Virus record (IMG/VR): IMGVR_UViG_3300005805_000046
Span: 64,001 to 128,000 of that record
DNA length: 64,000 nucleotides
DNA from: a virus
Strand: one strand, 5' to 3'
Part shown: in pieces, positions 1 through 9,291 of the stretch
How positions within the stretch are numbered: position 1 is the first letter of the stretch
How the letters are laid out: the number at the start of each line of letters is the position of its first letter
Made by a program: the position numbers and the translations under genes
The notes under the pieces: model-generated
What the model saw: the letters and a program-made list of their open reading frames with translations, nothing else
Database searches by the model: none
What the model was told of the DNA's origin: nothing

Positions 1-176
1 ATTTCTACTACTGTGTCTAGTTTAGCAATGATCGTGTTGATCTGTTTCTTGATATCCTCGACATCTTTATTTAGTAACACTATATTTTTTAGTGTATTGT
101 CTTCTAATTTATATATCTCTTGATTATTTTTGTTTACATTTTTTAGGATATCATTAATTTCTTTTGACACACCCAT
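1..176 (-). CDS. hypothetical coiled-coil protein, truncated by window edge
   Basis: GGAG then ATG at 176; open frame MGVSKEINDILKNVNK... to position 1. Confidence 0.6.
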   Translation of the reverse strand, partial: MGVSKEINDILKNVNKNNQEIYKLEDNTLKNIVLLNKDVEDIKKQINTIIAKLDTVVE

Positions 177-180
177 CTCC

Positions 181-492
181 TTAATTTAATCGTTTGTATT
201 CTTTAATATCTCCATTGGTACAGATCTTCTTATCTTCATAGGACGATGCAACTCTACGATAAAACTCTTGTTTAATATTTTCTAATACACCAGTTGCCAT
301 AGCAATTTTAGTATAAGAAACATCGCCCATTACTGAGGCTATAACCCGCGAAAAGCAATAGTTAATACGTCCCAAAAAATTACTAAAATTATTCGGATCA
401 ACCAGTGCTGTTTTGTGGTCTTTTATTGCTTTCGCCATAATTTCTATGGCTTCATCTAGTTCCACTCTTTCTTCTTCATTAATATATGGCAT
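181..492 (-). CDS. conserved phage hypothetical protein (MPYI...K.EFYRR...YED.K...NGD type)
   Basis: Start trimmed to MPYINEEER; motif pattern common in phage proteins. Confidence 0.7.
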   Translation of the reverse strand: MPYINEEERVELDEAIEIMAKAIKDHKTALVDPNNFSNFLGRINYCFSRVIASVMGDVSYTKIAMATGVLENIKQEFYRRVASSYEDKKICTNGDIKEYKRLN

Positions 493-493
493 T

Positions 494-1027
494 TTAGTCC
501 TCGCTACATCTGCATTGATATTTATTACAATAACTACATTTTGGCCCAGGAGAACCCATCCCCCAAGCATCGGAATAGCCACTAAAACTTTCTGATCCCG
601 TATCAATACATACTAGTTTATTTGAACCATTCCTGCAAACCCATCCAGTATTATAATAATGACAGTCCCAAAATTTTAGTTTAGCGACCCGGTAAATAGA
701 ATCAACAAGCGTCTGAATTTTCCTTAATATGTTATATTTTTCTTTTTTTGTACTGTACGATGGAGAGGCTGCTGATTCTGTTATATATCCCCAATTACTG
801 CGGCCAATAACTAAATTATCCGATACAAAATCTAATCTGCATAAGTCTGAGTAAACCATCGGAGCAAGATCAAATTGGGCTAATTTATGCTGAATACACA
901 TAGCATATTCCGCTTTATTTCTCTTAGAAAATTCTTTGAATAAAATTTCGGGATGTTTTTCAATGGAATAGACTTGGCAGCACCCTCCCTCCTGAAATAT
1001 GTCTTTGCTATTGATTAGATATTGCAT
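494..1027 (-). CDS. minimal protein-kinase-like fold protein with C-terminal Cys cluster
   Basis: Gly loop EGGCCQVY, FKEF Lys, DCHYYN catalytic loop, IDTG (DFG-like); paralog of 29387..29980. Confidence 0.6.
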   Translation of the reverse strand: MQYLINSKDIFQEGGCCQVYSIEKHPEILFKEFSKRNKAEYAMCIQHKLAQFDLAPMVYSDLCRLDFVSDNLVIGRSNWGYITESAASPSYSTKKEKYNILRKIQTLVDSIYRVAKLKFWDCHYYNTGWVCRNGSNKLVCIDTGSESFSGYSDAWGMGSPGPKCSYCNKYQCRCSED

Positions 1028-1031
1028 ACGT

Positions 1032-1343
1032 TTAATAGGAGACGATATCTACCGATGAACCAGTTATATCGTATAAGAAATTCTTGGCATCATCAATACT
1101 AAAAAAATCTGCTATAAATTTTCGTGATTTGGGACAAGATTCTTTATAAACTCCAAAGACTCTATAAAAAGGGTCATCATAAGCATTAAGAGAGTCTAAA
1201 AACTCTGCCGCAGTATTAATTTCGTCAATATATGTACCACCATTGTAATCGCTGTATTCTCTCATTGTTACTATTTCAAAATGAGAAAATTTAGACAGCG
1301 GGTTATTCGTTGGTACTATTGCTCGACATAGCCTGTTGGACAT
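1032..1343 (-). CDS. hypothetical protein
   Basis: ORF in tightly packed operon; start trimmed to MSNRLC. Confidence 0.6.
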   Translation of the reverse strand: MSNRLCRAIVPTNNPLSKFSHFEIVTMREYSDYNGGTYIDEINTAAEFLDSLNAYDDPFYRVFGVYKESCPKSRKFIADFFSIDDAKNFLYDITGSSVDIVSY

Positions 1344-1602
1344 TTTCTTTTCTTGCATATAATGCAACCACATTGGAGTTCGGATTATCTGATGAACATA
1401 ATGAGTGATTTGATAATTCGTATAAATCGCCATTGCTATTCATTCTAGCCCATGCAATCGGATAAGCAAGTGCATCATCCACCTGATTCTTATCACGCAG
1501 TTTTTTTAGTTCGTCTTTAGCGTTGTTTACGATGAACCTAGCAGCACCATTGGCCCAAGCAAATTCGATTAGATACTCTATTGGGTTGGCGTGTTGTTCC
1601 AT
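1303..1602 (-). CDS. hypothetical protein
   Basis: ORF in packed operon. Confidence 0.55.
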   Translation of the reverse strand: MEQHANPIEYLIEFAWANGAARFIVNNAKDELKKLRDKNQVDDALAYPIAWARMNSNGDLYELSNHSLCSSDNPNSNVVALYARKENVQQAMSSNSTNE

Positions 1603-1603
1603 T

Positions 1604-1819
1604 TTAGACAAATCCTATTCTTGTTTTTTCAGCAATGGTTACTTCTATCTCATTAGCAGAAAATAATTGAGTTGTATAGGAGCGACTATTCCACCAACCA
1701 CATTCATAACTGACATGGTTTTCTCCCCTAATATTAATTCCAACTATTGTTCCAAAAACATCTTCGGCCAACTTCACCTTACTGCCAATCTTATATAGTT
1801 CTATATTGTTCTTACTCAT
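1604..1819 (-). CDS. small SH3/KOW-like hypothetical protein
   Basis: YKIGSKVKL...YECGWW; AAGGAG RBS. Confidence 0.6.
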   Translation of the reverse strand: MSKNNIELYKIGSKVKLAEDVFGTIVGINIRGENHVSYECGWWNSRSYTTQLFSANEIEVTIAEKTRIGFV

Positions 1820-1836
1820 ATATCTCCTTTTGATAT

Positions 1837-2142
1837 TTAGCGATACCTAACACAAGCATACCATCCATTCGGACCTTTTGCAACTCCGATCTCTACAGGA
1901 GTCTTTTGTCCCCAATAACAACAATTCCTAATAGCATGATCCGCACTTACAGTAGAAAATCCTACTCCTTCATAACCACTATTTCCACCACAATGACCCA
2001 TATATCCTCGTTTAGCCTGAATATTCGCTACTCCTTGTGCTGACGATGTTGTATAAGTATATGTTTTATGTGTTGTGTTATTTTGTCCATAAGACATTTC
2101 TGAACAGAACAACGCCAAAGCAATCAGTAATACCTTCTTCAT
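1837..2142 (-). CDS. secreted CAP/SCP-like Cys-rich protein
   Basis: AGGAGG RBS, signal peptide MKKVLLIALALFC, GH..G..YEGVG, CCYWG, GWYAC. Confidence 0.6.
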   Translation of the reverse strand: MKKVLLIALALFCSEMSYGQNNTTHKTYTYTTSSAQGVANIQAKRGYMGHCGGNSGYEGVGFSTVSADHAIRNCCYWGQKTPVEIGVAKGPNGWYACVRYR

Positions 2143-2171
2143 AGTTCCTCCTTGAAAAATAAATAAGAGAG

Positions 2172-2218
2172 AAAAAGACCCCCGAAAGTGTGCATTATTA
2201 AGAGGCATCGGGGGTTTC
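2172..2218 (-). terminator. intrinsic terminator
   Basis: ACCCCCGA/TCGGGGGT stem followed by a T-rich tract on the minus strand. Confidence 0.55.
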
Positions 2219-2232
2219 CTTTTCATTATAAA

Positions 2233-2451
2233 TTAACGAACAACTGTAACCGTTCGACTACGGCAAACACCATTAGCACAGCCAGAAACAATTCTCTTTG
2301 GCAGAACTACAGTCTCACGAACAACACTCTTTGTAACAGTCACAACTTTTCGTCCGCGAGCAACCGCACAATTACCAGACTGGCAATCACCAGCAAAAGA
2401 TACCGACGATAGCGAAAAAGCAATAACTAGAAACAAAACAACATTCTTCAT
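2233..2451 (-). CDS. small secreted Cys-paired peptide
   Basis: Signal peptide, CQSGNC and CANGVC motifs, AAGGAG RBS, own promoter at about 2511-2538. Confidence 0.7.
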   Translation of the reverse strand: MKNVVLFLVIAFSLSSVSFAGDCQSGNCAVARGRKVVTVTKSVVRETVVLPKRIVSGCANGVCRSRTVTVVR

Positions 2452-2577
2452 AATAATAAATCTCCTTGGTGTTTAAAAATAAAAGGTCAAATCCGTTCGA
2501 CATTTACTAGATTATAGCGATCTATGTTTGGTTGTCAATCGTCAAATCTTGTAAATTTCAAATAAGTTGGTGTATAA

Positions 2578-2660
2578 TCTCACGGGAGGGAGTCGAACCC
2601 TCATGACTAAAAGTCGAGGCATTTTAAGTGCCTTGCGTATACCAATTTCGCCACCGTGAG
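2578..2660 (-). tRNA. tRNA-Leu(TAA)
   Basis: CTCACGG/CCGTGAG acceptor, AGGCA-CTTAAAA-TGCCT anticodon arm, long variable arm, GTTCGAC T-loop. Confidence 0.93.
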
Positions 2661-2666
2661 GTATGT

Positions 2667-3110
2667 ATGGGTTCTAAAAGAAAGTGTTCCTGTTGTCAAG
2701 TAAGCCAAAATGAGTCATGTTTTGCTTTTAAGAACAAAAAATTAAATAAATTACAAAATAAATGTAAACAATGTCAATCAAAATATCATAAAAAATATTA
2801 TGAACTCAATAAAGATATTTATTGTGATAGAGCGAGAACCAACAACCCTAAATATAAAAGAAGAAATCAAGATTTTATTAATGAATATAAAGCAAACAAA
2901 GGGTGCGAATTCTGTTCAGAAAATACTCCAATCTGTCTGGACTTTCACCATACTAATCCAAAAATTAAAGATTGGAATATTTCTGTTATGTCTAGAGGTG
3001 CTAATTCGATACAAACTATTCAAGAAGAAATTAATAAATGTATTGTAATTTGTTCTAATTGTCATAGAAAACTTCATGCTGGATTAATTAATAAAACCAA
3101 AACACACTGA
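2667..3110 (+). CDS. HNH (homing-type) endonuclease
   Basis: CxxC pairs, LDFHH, C..ICSNCHRKLH; start trimmed to avoid tRNA overlap. Confidence 0.8.
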   Translation: MGSKRKCSCCQVSQNESCFAFKNKKLNKLQNKCKQCQSKYHKKYYELNKDIYCDRARTNNPKYKRRNQDFINEYKANKGCEFCSENTPICLDFHHTNPKIKDWNISVMSRGANSIQTIQEEINKCIVICSNCHRKLHAGLINKTKTH

Positions 3111-3191
3111 CTACACAAACAATTGATTTGAGGTTGACTATAACTTGTGCCTCTCGTTTAGTCTGTGTAGCCAGCGCATCTTGGGTTTTAA

Positions 3192-3473
3192 TCAACCGTT
3201 GGCATGAGCCTTGAGACGAGCCACGATCTGAGCCATCTGCTCAACATTGTCAATCGTCTTGACAGGCTTCGCTCTCTCCATAGTGGGCAACTCAATACCC
3301 TTGGCCTTGAGAGCCTCCTTGGTGCGAGCAAAACGAGCCATTGTACTAGCGACCTTTTGGCCGGTCTTACTAGCAATCTCAGCATAAGTCTTACTAGAAA
3401 AAACAGCCTCAAGAAACTGCTCGTCCGAACAACGAACACGCTTCTGCTTCTCAATCGTACTAATTTCAGCCAT
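3192..3473 (-). CDS. small HTH DNA-binding protein
   Basis: TYAEIASKTGQKVAST helix-turn-helix pattern; GGAGG RBS. Confidence 0.6.
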   Translation of the reverse strand: MAEISTIEKQKRVRCSDEQFLEAVFSSKTYAEIASKTGQKVASTMARFARTKEALKAKGIELPTMERAKPVKTIDNVEQMAQIVARLKAHANG

Positions 3474-3552
3474 AATCAACCTCCAAATCTTAATCCAAAT
3501 TCACTCAGCAAGATTCGATCACGCGACCGATTAACTCCTGCTTTGTCCTTTC

Positions 3553-3594
3553 ATTGTACAACAGTGTATCGTCACTGTCAATCCTCGTCCTTGA
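3553..3594 (-). promoter_or_regulatory. overlapping sigma70-like and sigma28-like promoter
   Basis: TTGACA-17-TACAAT plus TCAA-17-GACGATAC. Confidence 0.7.
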
Positions 3595-3640
3595 AAAATT
3601 TTTGCACTCCAACCAGTTTTTCAGAAAAGTAGATTCTGGA

Positions 3641-4039
3641 CTAGTTGGACTTTCTTCGCAACCACCTAGAATAGTCTTCTGTTTTATATCCTACTTTTCT
3701 TGATATCTCATTATTACTTGTTTGGTCTATAATTAGAGAGGTTGGTAGACTTTTTATTCCCATTTTTTTCTTAAGTTCTGGATTGGCCTCTATGTCTATG
3801 GTACAGACTATGTACCTGTCTGTCTCTTGTAGATTAGGCATATCTTTTTTAAGTTGCTGACAATATCCGCACCAATCAGCACTAAATATCAAAAGTATTG
3901 GCATATCGGTTTCTTTTGCCAAAACCCTTGCTGTTTCATAGTCATTCTTAATAAGATATGAAGTTGCAGAGACTTGTGCGTTTGCTAGACTAGAAACAAA
4001 ACAACAAACCAAAGCAACAACTAGTGACAGTTTTTTCAT
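3641..4039 (-). CDS. exported thioredoxin-family protein
   Basis: Signal peptide, FSADWCGYC, LPT cis-Pro motif. Confidence 0.85.
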   Translation of the reverse strand: MKKLSLVVALVCCFVSSLANAQVSATSYLIKNDYETARVLAKETDMPILLIFSADWCGYCQQLKKDMPNLQETDRYIVCTIDIEANPELKKKMGIKSLPTSLIIDQTSNNEISRKVGYKTEDYSRWLRRKSN

Positions 4040-4287
4040 GGCTTATCTCACTAGACACAAATAGCGCCTTGAGTGCTAATATTCTCTTCTTTGTCTACAG
4101 ACATTAAACTGTCAAGAATATCTTTTAGGGTTTTATTTTCTTCTTGTAGTATTTGAATAATTTTATCGGCATCAGATAGTGCTGAACTTAAAATTTTGAC
4201 TTTTTTAGCCAACTCATCGCCTACGTAATTATTCATGCTCATGATAAACTCCTTTTAGTAGGAATATACTACATATAATTAAATACA

Positions 4288-4569
4288 CTATTTAATATCA
4301 ATTTCGACCAGAAATCGCTTTAGTTCTTTCAACTGGGAGTATGTTAAAACCAATTGATCCGAATATGGTTTTGAGTGTACCAAAACCTGCCAGATATATC
4401 TTAGTTTTTGCCATAATGACAGGCTTCTGGAGTATGGTAAGTAATAAATAGATAAATCCGCTATCTTATGTTCATGATCATACTCTATGTATAAAACCTC
4501 ACTCTTGCAATCGCATGGCACAAATACAGAGGTTGTTTTATCTTTATTGTATTTTGTTATACAGCCCAT
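4288..4569 (-). CDS. hypothetical protein
   Basis: ORF with PCDC motif. Confidence 0.55.
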   Translation of the reverse strand: MGCITKYNKDKTTSVFVPCDCKSEVLYIEYDHEHKIADLSIYYLPYSRSLSLWQKLRYIWQVLVHSKPYSDQLVLTYSQLKELKRFLVEIDIK

Positions 4570-4733
4570 GTTGATGCTATTCTCCCTGATCTTCCTTAAT
4601 CTCAGTAAATTCCTGTGGGCTTAATAGGTATGTGATCTGAGAAGATTCTCCCCAAATCTCATAGAGTTGAGAGTTTAGTCTTCTAGTAATATATCCATAT
4701 TCTGTTATAGGATGATTATTGCCGTCATTAGTA

Positions 4734-4865
4734 TTAATTAGAACCCTTACTCCTGTTGGCATTTTTTTGTTCCCCTTTTTTAAAGATTCTATCGTAGTTA
4801 TCTGCCCACGTTTTTTGATCTACGCTTTTGGGTCTGCGTTTTGATCCTTTTCCGTTTTGGCTCAT
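4734..4865 (-). CDS. small basic phage protein (GKGSKRRP...YDRIF), not in ORF track
   Basis: GGGAG RBS, 43-aa ORF. Confidence 0.55.
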   Translation of the reverse strand: MSQNGKGSKRRPKSVDQKTWADNYDRIFKKGEQKNANRSKGSN

Positions 4866-4886
4866 TTCTAATTCTCCCAATTCTTA

Positions 4887-5597
4887 TTATAAGGTCTCAG
4901 GCTCTTCCTCAAAGACATAAGACCAATAACGAGAATCAGTCTTATTCTGTTTTGCGTCCCAAAAAATTGATCTAGCGATATAAGCGGGAACACCTATTTT
5001 GCCACAATTAACACTCCAGTGTCTTTCCATCTTCTTATACAGTTCAAGTCCTTTTTTAGATTGGTATGTCAATGTTTTCATACCATACAATTCAAGCATA
5101 TGCGTATCGCCACAAAATACTCTACACTCATTAGGATGAGACTGTTCAAGGGCAAAAGATACCTTGGCAGTACCTAATCCAGATATATTATTTACGATTT
5201 GATCTCTCTTTTTGACATGATACTTCTTAGTAGTCAAATAAAAATCTTTAGGATTGGCCCAAAACTTATCTTTAAAATCCCAAATAAACTTTGTACGATT
5301 ATTATACAAGCCGCAGCCGCTATTTTTAATTTTTTCTCTCAACAGTTCTTTATCGTCCAGCCATTCGCTAAAATTTTTGATTGCATTATATCCTGCTACA
5401 TTAGATTTCCAAGTAGTATGAACGCTCATATAGGCAAAGAGGTAGCGACGAAAAATCTCATCATTATTATTTGGTCGAATACTTTCCCAATAGTCTTTAT
5501 AGGATACGACCTTATCCTTCGGGAAGTTCTTAAAAAACTCATCGGCCTTTGAGGTACTCATAACAACAGGCTTTTTCTCAATAACTGCTTCGCTCAT
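4887..5597 (-). CDS. HhH DNA glycosylase/AP lyase, 8-oxoguanine (OGG2)-like
   Basis: HhH ISGLGTAKVSFAL and catalytic D in GDTHML. Confidence 0.7.
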   Translation of the reverse strand: MSEAVIEKKPVVMSTSKADEFFKNFPKDKVVSYKDYWESIRPNNNDEIFRRYLFAYMSVHTTWKSNVAGYNAIKNFSEWLDDKELLREKIKNSGCGLYNNRTKFIWDFKDKFWANPKDFYLTTKKYHVKKRDQIVNNISGLGTAKVSFALEQSHPNECRVFCGDTHMLELYGMKTLTYQSKKGLELYKKMERHWSVNCGKIGVPAYIARSIFWDAKQNKTDSRYWSYVFEEEPETL

Positions 5598-5633
5598 GTT
5601 TGCTCCAGTTTGTGTTCCAAAGTGTATGCTACG

Positions 5634-5676
5634 ATTCTATGCTAATGGTATCGGTTTGTCAAGACCCGTTTCTTTA
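5634..5676 (-). promoter_or_regulatory. overlapping sigma70-like and sigma28-like promoter
   Basis: TTGACA-17-TAGAAT plus TAAA-17-ACCGATAC. Confidence 0.75.
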
Positions 5677-6981
5677 AACGGTTCTAGCCGATCCATGCAA
5701 AAACTTAAAAGTGGGAAAGCGTAGGCTCAAGCCTCCATCTTGGTTTTCGCTCTCACTAAAGTACTGTACAGTTATAATTTTACCAAGAATCTTTTTTGGA
5801 TGATTATAAAAGTCCTGTCTTTGTTCTATACTAAAGCCGCTTCCAACCCGAACATTATAACCTTTATGTTTAATAGTTACACAACTAAGCATAGTTTCTT
5901 CTGTTTCTTGGCCGTCTTTAACATAACGAAATGGCCCCATTTCAACATCGACTACTTCATATTCGTCATCATTGAAACTTTTAAACTTGAGAAGGTCTTT
6001 AGATCGCTTACCCTTATACGGTTCGTCTGCCCTCAACATCAGTCCCTCCCAAGAATAATCTTTAGATCTTTTAGTCCACTCAGCAAAATGGTCATCGTCT
6101 TTAATTAGTTCTTGACCAAGCACACTAAGGCAAGTACAGGTATTTTCTCTCATAACTTCTCTTAGATTATTATAGCGATAGGTATAAGTCTTATTCTTAT
6201 CTCCCTTTTTGTTATAAAATTCATCATGAGAGATCATATCAAAAATTTTATAAGATGGATTAGGAATGGTATGATCCTTCTTCTTGAGTTGCTTCATAAC
6301 TCCTTGGAAATCTTCATTACCCTCATCATCCACCAAGCACAACTCCCCATCAAAAACAACATCAGTAATACCAAGAGCCTTAATACCACCGGCCACAACA
6401 TCAAGTGTATCGAATGTTTTTCCGGTACGAGAAAAGAAAGAGGCATTACCTTCTGAGTCAACAATAGCAATACATCTAGCACCGTCAATTTTGCGACTAA
6501 CATACCAATTGTCTTTCCAATCTACAAGTTTAGGCTCATACTTATCCGCCAGAGCAACACTAAACTCTGGAATATGGTCAGGAATAGCCTTGTTGATAAT
6601 CTTGTCACCAGCACGGGTTTTCAAATCCTTATCAATGATGCAGTAAATGAGTTCTTCGTGGTCGGGGTGAAAGTCGATAAAACTATTTACTGCCCCAATA
6701 GCATCGTGACCAGTAATTTTGCGACTCTTTAGGTTATCCAAAAGATCAAAGAAATTCTTATACTGTTTTCCACGAAGTTTAGATTTCTTCTTGAGATTAT
6801 CGCTGGTTACATTATACTGCCACAAAGGATGATAGGTATATTTCAAAATTTGTTTAGTAAAAGTAGCAGCAGCAGAATTATGGTTGCAATAGTCCTCAAT
6901 GATGCCCTGCTTATCGGTAGTGCTACTGGTAGCCCTAAGATCACGCACCATACCCCAAACATAATTAAAATCGTGAACCAT
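5674..6981 (-). CDS. ATP-dependent DNA ligase
   Basis: Motif I KIDGAR, FDGEL, EGLMLR, KRSKDLLKFK, OB fold VGSGFS and LRFP. Confidence 0.95.
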   Translation of the reverse strand: MVHDFNYVWGMVRDLRATSSTTDKQGIIEDYCNHNSAAATFTKQILKYTYHPLWQYNVTSDNLKKKSKLRGKQYKNFFDLLDNLKSRKITGHDAIGAVNSFIDFHPDHEELIYCIIDKDLKTRAGDKIINKAIPDHIPEFSVALADKYEPKLVDWKDNWYVSRKIDGARCIAIVDSEGNASFFSRTGKTFDTLDVVAGGIKALGITDVVFDGELCLVDDEGNEDFQGVMKQLKKKDHTIPNPSYKIFDMISHDEFYNKKGDKNKTYTYRYNNLREVMRENTCTCLSVLGQELIKDDDHFAEWTKRSKDYSWEGLMLRADEPYKGKRSKDLLKFKSFNDDEYEVVDVEMGPFRYVKDGQETEETMLSCVTIKHKGYNVRVGSGFSIEQRQDFYNHPKKILGKIITVQYFSESENQDGGLSLRFPTFKFLHGSARTV

Positions 6982-7006
6982 CAAATTAGTCTCCTGTGTT
7001 CACAGT

Positions 7007-7048
7007 ATCTTACCATACTAGTATCGACCTGTCAATAGAGCATCTTTA
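7007..7048 (-). promoter_or_regulatory. overlapping sigma70-like and sigma28-like promoter
   Basis: TTGACA-17-TAAGAT plus TAAA-16-GTCGATAC. Confidence 0.7.
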
Positions 7049-7387
7049 GGTTTTGGGTCTTGAAAGAAAATAGTTCATAGCATTAACTATTCCCCGCAAA
7101 TCATCACCAAGTTTACCTATTCCGGTATTACATTTATCACAAATCCACCCACGGAAAGTATCGTCTTTGTGATCGTGGTCTAATACCCATTTTATTGGAG
7201 TCTGTTTACAGCACTCACAAGTCTCTGGTCTTGGTGGAGCCTCTTTATGTAATCTACCCCTAATTTTGGAATGTTTTTTAACGCACTTTTTACATCTGCT
7301 GTCCAACTTATCTTTGTACATACTGTGTTTTGAAAAACTTTTCCGATTTTTCCTTTCTCCACAATATGAACAAATTTTTCTTGGCAT
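7046..7387 (-). CDS. recombination endonuclease VII family
   Basis: LDHDH...RGWICDKCNTGIG. Confidence 0.88.
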   Translation of the reverse strand: MPRKICSYCGERKNRKSFSKHSMYKDKLDSRCKKCVKKHSKIRGRLHKEAPPRPETCECCKQTPIKWVLDHDHKDDTFRGWICDKCNTGIGKLGDDLRGIVNAMNYFLSRPKT

Positions 7388-7415
7388 CGGAACTTATTTC
7401 TTTTTAGGTTTGTCA

Positions 7416-8204
7416 CTAGGAACTAGTTCTCAAATTTTGCATAAAGCGAAATAACATTAAGTCGCAAAGTTCATTTCTTTCTTTGTCTCCATCTTCGGCA
7501 GATAGTCTCTTCATATTTTCCCATGATCTAATAAATTCTTTAGCGTGTCTTAGTGCTGATAGATTTGGTATGTTTCGATATATTGGAACATAATTATTTG
7601 CTGTTTTTTTCATTAGCGTTATGCGAAGTTCTAATGGCAAAGAGGGAAAATGAGTAATGAAACTACTATCATCTGACCGATATTCTGAGTTTGACGATAT
7701 TTCTAGTGGATACGCATTAAATTCTTTATTTGGTAGATATTTGATATAATCTTGAACATTGTTCCAGTTATTATCAATGAGTTCAATTAAAGCGGCCTGT
7801 TCCCACCAAGAATGATTTATATACTCTTCTTTATTCCATATCTTATATAATAGATCTAGGTTATAACTATTATTAGCGAATAAAATAACTCCAGCATTGA
7901 TTGCGTTAAAATCTTTGGAAATATAAATATATCTATGTGGCTCAATAACGGAGAGAATATCATAACTGCTACCGCTAATTATAGCATCAGCATCTATCCA
8001 TAGAATGTACTGATATTTCTTTTCTTCTAGATTTGTAATCAAATACTGTATTTTTGACCAAGAAGGTGGGCGTATATAGTTATCTGGAATTTTGTACGCT
8101 TCATAGTCAAACGAATGATAATTACAATAGTTGGTAATTATAGAAGAACTTATATCTATTAATGGCTTGTATGAATTATTATATGCAGTAATAACTTTAA
8201 GCAT
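7416..8204 (-). CDS. glycosyltransferase, GT34 (GMA12/MNN10)-like
   Basis: RPPSWSKI, WIDADA DxD, NAGV, WWEQAAL, FITHF. Confidence 0.8.
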   Translation of the reverse strand: MLKVITAYNNSYKPLIDISSSIITNYCNYHSFDYEAYKIPDNYIRPPSWSKIQYLITNLEEKKYQYILWIDADAIISGSSYDILSVIEPHRYIYISKDFNAINAGVILFANNSYNLDLLYKIWNKEEYINHSWWEQAALIELIDNNWNNVQDYIKYLPNKEFNAYPLEISSNSEYRSDDSSFITHFPSLPLELRITLMKKTANNYVPIYRNIPNLSALRHAKEFIRSWENMKRLSAEDGDKERNELCDLMLFRFMQNLRTSS

Positions 8205-8370
8205 TATTCTAGTTACTATGTTTTTTTCATCTTCTTCTCTAGTCTTTTCATCTTCTTTTCTAGTTTCTTTAGGTATTCCATTTCTTCTTCATGGAATTCC
8301 TTGTTTTCTTTTTCTATCTTTTTGAATATTTTTTTCCAGAATTTCATATTATATTCTCCTTGTTTTTAAG

Positions 8371-8724
8371 TGGAGGCGGCGGCATCGAAGCCGCGTCCTA
8401 GTAATACCGTTTTGATCTTTTCTACAAGTTTATTTTGTTCATAAATTAAGCGAAATTACAGAACAAACAAGACTTATTTCGCCTTACCAACTGCTCTTAA
8501 CCTACAACCCGCTGGATATTGTAAGTGCAGAGGGATTTAACGACAGACTTTTGATCGCTACCCTCATTCGCAATCGCAGTCTGTTACTGCCTGTTTTTAT
8601 TAGGCAGCAAGGGCTAACTGAGTTGTGCCAGTTAAAGCATTTGATATGATGATTAAAGAGGCCAACATATCATCCTCTACTTGCTAAAACCAATCGGTTA
8701 TTATAGTCGAAACCTTTCGCCCCC
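8371..8724 (-). ncRNA. ssrA: tmRNA; tag (A)GTTQLALAA
   Basis: 5' GGGGGCGAAAGGTTTCGAC, 3' T-arm and CGCCTCCA with G3:U70; tag frame 8629-8603 then TAA TAA. Confidence 0.93.
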
Positions 8725-8950
8725 AATGTATTATACTACCCCAAACTATAGTTGATTTCTGGATAATCTATAAAGATATTCTGTTTGACTCAGCCAAATA
8801 TCGTCATTTAGGGAGTATCGTCCTTCGATAATGCTATATATTTGCTTCCTTCCTCTGTAAGATAGTTTGAGCCATAGATTTTCTCCGGTTATATAACAAT
8901 ATCTCCTAGACCAAGAAAATGCTAGTTTCCAGTTTCTTTTTCTTAGTATT

Positions 8951-9154
8951 CTAGGTATCATTTCCAGCATTAATGTCTGTATTTGACAAGTTTTTAATTT
9001 CTTCCATAAGTTTTTGTAGATCATCGTCGCTAACTGGCATAATGATCCTATTTAGTTCTGATCTGAAACTCTCCATTTCTTGCCACAGCAAGATATTGAG
9101 GGTGACAGAAAAAACCAGAAATGAAAACAGGGTTGCTATAATTGTATTTTTCAT
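8951..9154 (-). CDS. small membrane protein
   Basis: N-terminal hydrophobic helix. Confidence 0.55.
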   Translation of the reverse strand: MKNTIIATLFSFLVFSVTLNILLWQEMESFRSELNRIIMPVSDDDLQKLMEEIKNLSNTDINAGNDT

Positions 9155-9156
9155 AA

Positions 9157-9232
9157 TAGGGCGTGTCTGAGTCGAACAGACCTATGAACACCTTATAAGA
9201 GTGTCGGATGCAACCGGCTTACCTTACGCCCC
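9157..9232 (-). tRNA. tRNA-Ile(TAT)
   Basis: GGGGCGT/ACGCCCT acceptor, ACACT-CTTATAA-GGTGT anticodon arm. Confidence 0.88.
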
Positions 9233-9256
9233 GTATTTTGAACTATCAACTCTTCT

Positions 9257-9291
9257 ATTCTACTATCGGCAATCGAACTGTCAACTCTTGA
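9257..9291 (-). promoter_or_regulatory. dual promoter for tRNA-Ile/tmRNA unit
   Basis: TTGACA-16-TAGAAT plus TCAA-17-GCCGATAG. Confidence 0.75.
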
